Virus record (IMG/VR): IMGVR_UViG_3300037424_000169
Location: 1-60,890 of that record
From: a virus
Lineage: Duplodnaviria; Caudoviricetes
Direction: 5' to 3' (one strand)
DNA: 60,890 nucleotides
A model generated the notes under the pieces. The model ran no database searches. It was given only the letters and a program-made list of their open reading frames with translations, and was not told the DNA's origin. Position numbers and translations under genes: made by a program. Numbering within the stretch: position 1 is the first letter of the stretch; each line of letters opens with the position of its first letter. Below are positions 55,475 through 60,890 of this stretch, piece by piece.

Positions 55475-55744
55475 GTGATTTATAATAACGCCCGCAGGCA
55501 AGGTAAGACTTTAATTCTTGAATACGAACTTAAATTTAAACTCATTCAAACTGTAAAATATAATGTACCTGAGAAGCCTTTCGTGCTATGGATGGGTGAC
55601 GAAGAAATTATCTGGCTGCCTACAGGTGAGGTTATATCAAGACCAGTTAAATTAGCTGGTACAAAAGTTAGTAGCTTTATTCAAGACGATTGGTTTTATA
55701 ATTTATGGAGGGATAGCAATGTGCCGTCGCATTCCAAATCTTGA
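55475..55744 (+). CDS. small protein with terminase-like Walker A start
   Basis: GTG start after GGAG; 'ARRQGKT'. Confidence 0.55.
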   Translation: MIYNNARRQGKTLILEYELKFKLIQTVKYNVPEKPFVLWMGDEEIIWLPTGEVISRPVKLAGTKVSSFIQDDWFYNLWRDSNVPSHSKS

Positions 55745-55910
55745 AACGGCTATTGAAGAATGTAGGCAATTAGGTAAGATGTTTAAATATAAATATACAG
55801 GTAGCAAACATATTAAATTTTATGTCGAAGATAAGATGATAATGATTGGCTTAAAGAAATCAAACCCGGATAAAGTCAGGAAAGATATTAGGAGGGTTAT
55901 CAATGTTTGA
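55719..55910 (+). CDS. hypothetical protein (HicA-like fold possible)
   Basis: 'TGSKHIKF' motif; GGAGG RBS. Confidence 0.55.
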   Translation: MCRRIPNLETAIEECRQLGKMFKYKYTGSKHIKFYVEDKMIMIGLKKSNPDKVRKDIRRVINV

Positions 55911-56641
55911 AAACATTTGCGAGAATTGTGCAGCTAAATTTAAAACTGATAACGAAGATGAAATGTTTTGCTGTGACGATTGCGCAGAAGATTACAATGA
56001 TGACACTTGGTTAGAAGATGAAGACTAATGTCATTTACTCCCAAACTCACTCCCAAACAAATTAAAGAAATTCAAGATGCTCCTGCTCATTATAGGAATG
56101 AATATTTTGCTAGACTTTATAAAGTAAGTGTGGTTAGAATTAGTCAGATAAGGAATAAACACGATGCTGACAAATAGCGCCTCTACACTCGAACTACTCT
56201 CAATCATTTTTATTTCCACCTTGTTTTTGGTAGCGCTATCTGCTATCCTTATGAAGGAAAAAGATGAGCATGGGATATTTAAAATTTGGAAATGGTGAGC
56301 CATTAATCATCTTGATGGCTATCTTAATAATTTTAATTATAGCTTCGCTGATTTCATTTTAAAAAGGTAAATAGCAAAATGGAAATGTTTTTATTAATTT
56401 ATATAACTGTTTTATTAACATTTGTGTCAGTATTTATTTTTACAAAGGTAGAATAAAATGTTATTTACAGTTTCTTTAATTGTAGTTGGTATTTTACTTT
56501 TCTTTGTTGGGGGTGTATTAGGATTTTTGTTAGCTGCATTTTATTTTGAAGATAGGACAATAGAATGATTTTGTTTTCGTTGTTGTGGTTCTATGCAATT
56601 TTGTTTATTGGTTCTTACTACCTAATGGAGACATATTTAAC

Positions 56642-56902
56642 ATGAATATGGTAGAGAGAGTTGCGGAGGTACTTTATAATAAATCTTGGAATACTGATGT
56701 AAAATTTAAAAATTGTTATTCGTGTACTAGGAAGTTATATTTTGAGATGGCCAGAGCCGCTATCGAAGCTATGCGTGAGCCAACAGATAATATGCCTAAT
56801 GAATTCTATAAAATGAAATTAGCCGAAGGTCACACTAAATATAGCGCGGTATTCCAATATGCCGATTGGGAACGTGCTATTGACGCAGCTTTAAAAGAAT
56901 GA
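56642..56902 (+). CDS. hypothetical protein
   Basis: 'MVERVA...ARAAIEAMREPT..M...IDAAL', a motif I associate with alphaproteobacterial phages. Confidence 0.7.
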   Translation: MNMVERVAEVLYNKSWNTDVKFKNCYSCTRKLYFEMARAAIEAMREPTDNMPNEFYKMKLAEGHTKYSAVFQYADWERAIDAALKE

Positions 56903-57306
56903 TTATTAAGCTCCAAACTGTAGCTGACTACATTGTAAAAGGCCACGCACCTAAAATACTTTTAAATATTTTAAAGAATATAAAAAGCGTATTTACTTTT
57001 ACTCAAGAGCGTGCTAATCGTGTCAAACGATTTGTACGTATTATTAATGCCTATAAGGCCGGCGTTGCTATTATAAAAATTGAAGAAGACTACGGCTGTA
57101 CTAAATCAACTGTGCTACGTTATGCACGATTGGCTGGTTTACCAAAACGTGACAGAGGTTTTGACCCTGATATAAAAATAGCCACACTATTGCTTTATAA
57201 AGACGGGTTACCTATATCTCAAATTTCAGCGCAGTTAGGTGTATCGCAAGCTTATGTTTCTAAAACTGCTAGTGAAGCTGGTATCAATAGAAGAAAATTT
57301 AAATGA
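56899..57306 (+). CDS. double HTH DNA-binding protein
   Basis: 'YGCTKSTVLRY' and 'ISAQLGVSQAYVS'. Confidence 0.7.
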   Translation: MIIKLQTVADYIVKGHAPKILLNILKNIKSVFTFTQERANRVKRFVRIINAYKAGVAIIKIEEDYGCTKSTVLRYARLAGLPKRDRGFDPDIKIATLLLYKDGLPISQISAQLGVSQAYVSKTASEAGINRRKFK

Positions 57307-57506
57307 TCCTTCCTATCATAGCTGAGTTGCGTAAGGCACGTAAAAATTTAAATTTAAGTTTGCTTGCTGTGTCTCATAAAATAGGCTATCATCATAATGC
57401 TATTCAAAAATGGGAAACAGGTAAGATAAATCCTTCTGTTAAATCATTCATAGATTACGCAAATGGTTTAGGTTTTGATGTTGTATTGAAAAGGAAAGAA
57501 GAATGA
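57303..57506 (+). CDS. XRE-family HTH protein
   Basis: LRKARK..LS...IQKWETGKINPS. Confidence 0.85.
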   Translation: MILPIIAELRKARKNLNLSLLAVSHKIGYHHNAIQKWETGKINPSVKSFIDYANGLGFDVVLKRKEE

Positions 57507-57763
57507 TTGTACGAATTATAGGTTGGTTTTGTTTGGGATATACCTTAACTCTAATTTTATCTGTGATATTTAATGGTCTTTACTCTACTGAAGTAATCGA
57601 TTTAGATAAAATTAAAATTATGGGTTTATTTTTAATCGCAGCTTCAATTTGTTTTAAATAATATGACAATATTTTTATATTTAATGTTAGCTGCTGGTCT
57701 TTTGCTAGGGTTTGCAGTATGTGTGTTAGTAGGTCTTTATTTTATAATTGCTCAGGATAACGG

Positions 57764-58072
57764 ATGATATATTTAACAATTGAAGATAAAATTAGAGCTA
57801 ATGGGCATCGCCATCTAGAGCGGGCTATTAGTTATGCGTGCGCTGAATATCCAGATCATTACTATGAAGGTTCTATGCGTAAAGCACGTAAAAATTTTAA
57901 AATAGCAGATAGTTTCACAGAAACTGATAAATTAATGCAATTGTTTTTGAAGAATATAGCTGAGGATTTAAATAATCATATTTCTAACCATATTTTATAT
58001 GGAACTGGTTATTCTAAAATCAATGATGATGGTACAGTAACCTCACTTAAAACTAAAGATATTTATAAATGA
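57764..58072 (+). CDS. hypothetical protein with portal-like C-terminal motif
   Basis: 'HILYGTGYSKI...DIY'. Confidence 0.55.
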   Translation: MIYLTIEDKIRANGHRHLERAISYACAEYPDHYYEGSMRKARKNFKIADSFTETDKLMQLFLKNIAEDLNNHISNHILYGTGYSKINDDGTVTSLKTKDIYK

Positions 58073-58332
58073 CAATAGAGCTACCCCGCCGTAGCTTCCT
58101 TTTAGGATTAGGATCGCTAATAGCTGCTCCTGCTATTGTGCGGATTGGTAGCTTGATGCCGGTGAGTAATAAATTTATGCAACCTATCGTTAAAGGTAAT
58201 TTTACTGGAATTTCAATTGGTGATGTAATAACATTTGAAGATATAGGTTCTACAAAAGGAAAATTAAAACAATTTGTTGTTACTGGTATTGAGAATGGGT
58301 TATCCTTTTATCCTATACTAGAGCCAACATGA
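58069..58332 (+). CDS. twin-arginine-leader protein with coat-like segment
   Basis: PRRSFLLGLGSLIAAPAIV followed by GDVITFE..KLKQFV..SFYPIL. Confidence 0.7.
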   Translation: MTIELPRRSFLLGLGSLIAAPAIVRIGSLMPVSNKFMQPIVKGNFTGISIGDVITFEDIGSTKGKLKQFVVTGIENGLSFYPILEPT

Positions 58333-58501
58333 CCTACATACTAGACTGTGATGGCGATTATACAAAACAGTGTGAGACTGAGGGCTGCCCTAATGTAATT
58401 TTGCTTGGTGTATCGACTACAAAATGTATTAGGTGTTTGGAAGATGAAGGTGTAGAATTAGTTTGCAAGATCATTCCATATTTTGAACAGAGGTTTATGT
58501 T

Positions 58502-58690
58502 GTGATGATTAATATCGTCTCTATTTATAATTTAATTGTAACTATTATTGTTTTAATGTTTGCTTTATTAGGAATTTTTCCTAAAGATTTGGGATTTTCT
58601 ATAGGTGATACTGGTTATTTACAATTTACAGCGTTGTGGTTCGTAGGAATGATATCAGTATGTATTTTAGCTTTCAAATTTAATAAATAA
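58502..58690 (+). CDS. small membrane protein
   Basis: two TM segments. Confidence 0.5.
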   Translation: MMINIVSIYNLIVTIIVLMFALLGIFPKDLGFSIGDTGYLQFTALWFVGMISVCILAFKFNK

Positions 58691-58691
58691 A

Positions 58692-59093
58692 ATGACCAGT
58701 AAACCAATAACCCCAGAACAAATGGCTCGATCCGGCTCAGAAGATGGTCATCAACTTGCAGTTTGTTTGTGGGCAGCTTATAATTTAAATAAATATCCAG
58801 AATTAAAATGGTTGCACCATAGTCCTAATGGTGGGTTTAGAAATCAACGTGAGGCTGCTAAATTAAAAGCTATGGGTGTCAAGCAAGGTTTTCAAGATTT
58901 AATTTTAATTGTTAGACGTAAACAATATAATGGATTAGCAATTGAGCTTAAAAAATTAAAAGGTAGTGTTATTTCTAGTGAGCAAGAGGATTGGAAAAAT
59001 CACTTGAGCTCGGAAGGCTATTATGCTACGGTTTGTTATGGTTGGATTGAAGCTGTAGCTGTAATTGAGACTTATTTAAAATTGGAGAGGTAG
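58692..59093 (+). CDS. VRR-NUC domain nuclease
   Basis: HSPNGG.R...LKAMGV..G..DL...IELK...S.EQ..W. Confidence 0.9.
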   Translation: MTSKPITPEQMARSGSEDGHQLAVCLWAAYNLNKYPELKWLHHSPNGGFRNQREAAKLKAMGVKQGFQDLILIVRRKQYNGLAIELKKLKGSVISSEQEDWKNHLSSEGYYATVCYGWIEAVAVIETYLKLER

Positions 59094-59094
59094 A

Positions 59095-59352
59095 ATGAAA
59101 AAATATATCGTACCACTTACCATGATTATAATGTTATATATTGGTGTCGCATTGATAAATGCAGGTTTTGTATATGCTGATCTTGATAGCAAGCATGGGA
59201 AATCCCTATGTTTGGCAAGAGAACATAGAGGCAATTTAGCTTTTTCAATTGGTTGGAGTTTACTTCCATTTACAACAGTGATAACGCCTTTTGTTACTGG
59301 ATTTTATTATAATGGTTGGCGCTTAACTAGTCGTTATAGAACTTGTGATTAA
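59095..59352 (+). CDS. small membrane protein
   Basis: two hydrophobic segments. Confidence 0.55.
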   Translation: MKKYIVPLTMIIMLYIGVALINAGFVYADLDSKHGKSLCLAREHRGNLAFSIGWSLLPFTTVITPFVTGFYYNGWRLTSRYRTCD

Positions 59353-59526
59353 AGGTAATAAAATGCACCCCGCAGAAAAGCGACTTCAAAAATTAATAGC
59401 TTTAAAAGAAGAAGAGAAAAGTTCCCCTAATTGTAGTCAAACTTATATTGACGATTTGAATATTTTAATTCAATCGTGTAAAGATGCATTAAAATATATT
59501 AATGAAGATGGGTATAGGATGGTGGA

Positions 59527-59826
59527 GTGATGAAGTTTAAATTAGGAAATTATCTAAATGTTCCTATTTATATGGAGACTAAAATGACAAGAGAAGAAGC
59601 TATTAATAAAGTTAAGACGCTGCCTTTTGGGAGAGATGCTATTCACCCAACTTTGCTAGTCAGGGCTCTTGAAGTTCTCGGTTTAATTAAGTTTGATGAT
59701 GAAGTTTGTGATAAACTATTTGAGCAAACTGTAGCTCTTAATGGTACAATTAGATTAGAGCGTTGGAAAGAAGGTCTAGTTCTTTGGGTTGGTGGTGAAA
59801 TAGTTTATAAGTCTTGGAAATCTTAA
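59527..59826 (+). CDS. hypothetical protein
   Basis: ORF. Confidence 0.55.
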   Translation: MMKFKLGNYLNVPIYMETKMTREEAINKVKTLPFGRDAIHPTLLVRALEVLGLIKFDDEVCDKLFEQTVALNGTIRLERWKEGLVLWVGGEIVYKSWKS

Positions 59827-60012
59827 TGCCCACATTTGTTATTGTTAATTCTGATGGTCTATATTTAAAAATTTATCATGACTTAGGTATAGACTGGTCA
59901 CAAACTGACTACAATAAATACACTTCAAAATATCAAGCCAAACGTCATTTAAAAGAGCTTGACAATATACCAGAATGTGTTAAAATTATTCCTCTTTTAA
60001 CAGAATAAGGAA

Positions 60013-60441
60013 ATGAAAATGTTTTATGTACTTGTTGTTGTAACTATAATTTTAATTATAGTTTTTGTGCCTTTTGCGTTTTGGTTCTTTCCTGTGTATG
60101 GAGTTTGGGCTGCTCGAAAGGCAGGCGAAGCTGCTTTTGCAGAAGCTCAAAATGAGCAACGTGTTATTTTGTCTGAAGCTAATGCACGTTTAGAAGCAGC
60201 AGAAATAAATAAAAATGCTGCTATTATTGAAGCTGGAATAAATAAAAATGCTGCTATTATTGAAGCTGAAGCTGTGGCTGCTCAAATTGATAAAATTGGA
60301 GCTAACCTCAAAGAACATGACTTGTATCTTAAGTGGCAATGGATTAAAATGATGGAAGACAGGCACTCTAAGAGTGATACCATTTATGTACCTACTGAAT
60401 CAGGTATGCCTATTTTAGAAGCTAACAGAAAGGTAAAATGA
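60013..60441 (+). CDS. membrane protein resembling the SPFH/band-7 C-terminal region
   Basis: TM plus 'PVYGVW', AEA-rich coil, 'YLKWQWI...IYVPTE..MPILEA'. Confidence 0.75.
   Translation: MKMFYVLVVVTIILIIVFVPFAFWFFPVYGVWAARKAGEAAFAEAQNEQRVILSEANARLEAAEINKNAAIIEAGINKNAAIIEAEAVAAQIDKIGANLKEHDLYLKWQWIKMMEDRHSKSDTIYVPTESGMPILEANRKVK
60204..60268 (+). repeat. in-frame tandem duplication (33-nt period)
   Basis: AATAAATAAAAATGCTGCTATTATTGAAGCTG twice, encoding INKNAAIIEA twice. Confidence 0.9.
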
Positions 60442-60442
60442 A

Positions 60443-60655
60443 ATGTCTAATCCTAAAGGTGCCCCAGGTCTTAAGCTTATTGTTCGTATTGGTAAAAAGC
60501 AAAAGACTTTTAAAAGTATTGAGGATGCTGCTAAGGCTTTTAAAATTCCTTACCAGACCCTTTATCAGCGTTTGTTTTATATGGGATGGTCGCATAAGGA
60601 TGCCTTGATTACACCTGTTCGCAAGCGTAAAAAGGTAGGTAAGAAGCGAAAGTAA
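60443..60655 (+). CDS. small basic HTH-like protein
   Basis: FKSIEDAAKAFKIPYQTLYQRL..GW. Confidence 0.7.
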   Translation: MSNPKGAPGLKLIVRIGKKQKTFKSIEDAAKAFKIPYQTLYQRLFYMGWSHKDALITPVRKRKKVGKKRK

Positions 60656-60821
60656 TCCCGCAAGGGAGCCTCTAGCATGTGGTTGGATTGTTGTTGTCTC
60701 CTTTCCAATAGTTCTTGCTGGAGGTTTTTATACAACGCACGACTTGGGTAGCCATTGATACTCAAGGTAAAGCATCCGGCAAAATGCAATAGTTAGTCCC
60801 CCTTGCTATTGCCGCGCGTTG
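60656..60821 (+). ncRNA. candidate structured RNA cluster
   Basis: GNRA hairpin, long stem-loop and multibranch domain in an intergenic region. Confidence 0.45.
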
Positions 60822-60890
60822 AAAGTTTTAAAATTAAAGGAATAAAATGAGTAAGAAAATTTATAAGCCAATTGTTGCTGTAATTCGTAT

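Noticed and set aside
60204-60268. Tandem duplication as a functional system
   Set aside because: A simple in-frame 11-codon duplication in a coiled coil; could also be an assembly artefact.
1-60890. Stop-codon reassignment, CRISPR array, DGR/retron or integrase
   Set aside because: Core genes are intact in the standard code; no repeat-spacer array, reverse transcriptase or recombinase motifs were seen.
60847-60890. Proof of circularity from an ORF running across the window ends
   Set aside because: The joined ORF is only about 32 aa, which is compatible with but not evidence for circularity.

Overview
This window looks like a near-complete, AT-rich, apparently lytic podovirus-type phage genome; no integrase was seen. 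Virion module on the + strand (3-35 kb): terminase, P22-like portal, scaffold, coat, head-tail adaptor, gp10-like and ejection proteins, tail fiber and lysis genes. Replication module (35-48 kb): family B polymerase, clamp, MazG, helicase, nuclease, SSB and Sak4-like ATPase on the - strand, with a divergent Cro-like gene and primase on the + strand. Two divergent early regions of small genes flank a non-coding stretch near 52 kb. The host is probably an alphaproteobacterium (inference). Main observations: (1) a complete tRNA(CAU) gene nested in-frame inside the primase CDS; (2) fiber/decoration proteins, including the tail fiber, carry Sec-type signal peptides, are Ser/Thr- and Cys-pair-rich, and cluster with an O-antigen-ligase/O-OTase-like enzyme, suggesting periplasmic export, glycosylation and late assembly; (3) mini-proteins resembling fragments of coat, terminase, portal and a P-loop NTPase (possible decoys); (4) a Pro-initiated, class-3-like intein; (5) several structured non-coding RNAs. 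All family assignments come from motif recognition by eye, not database searches.
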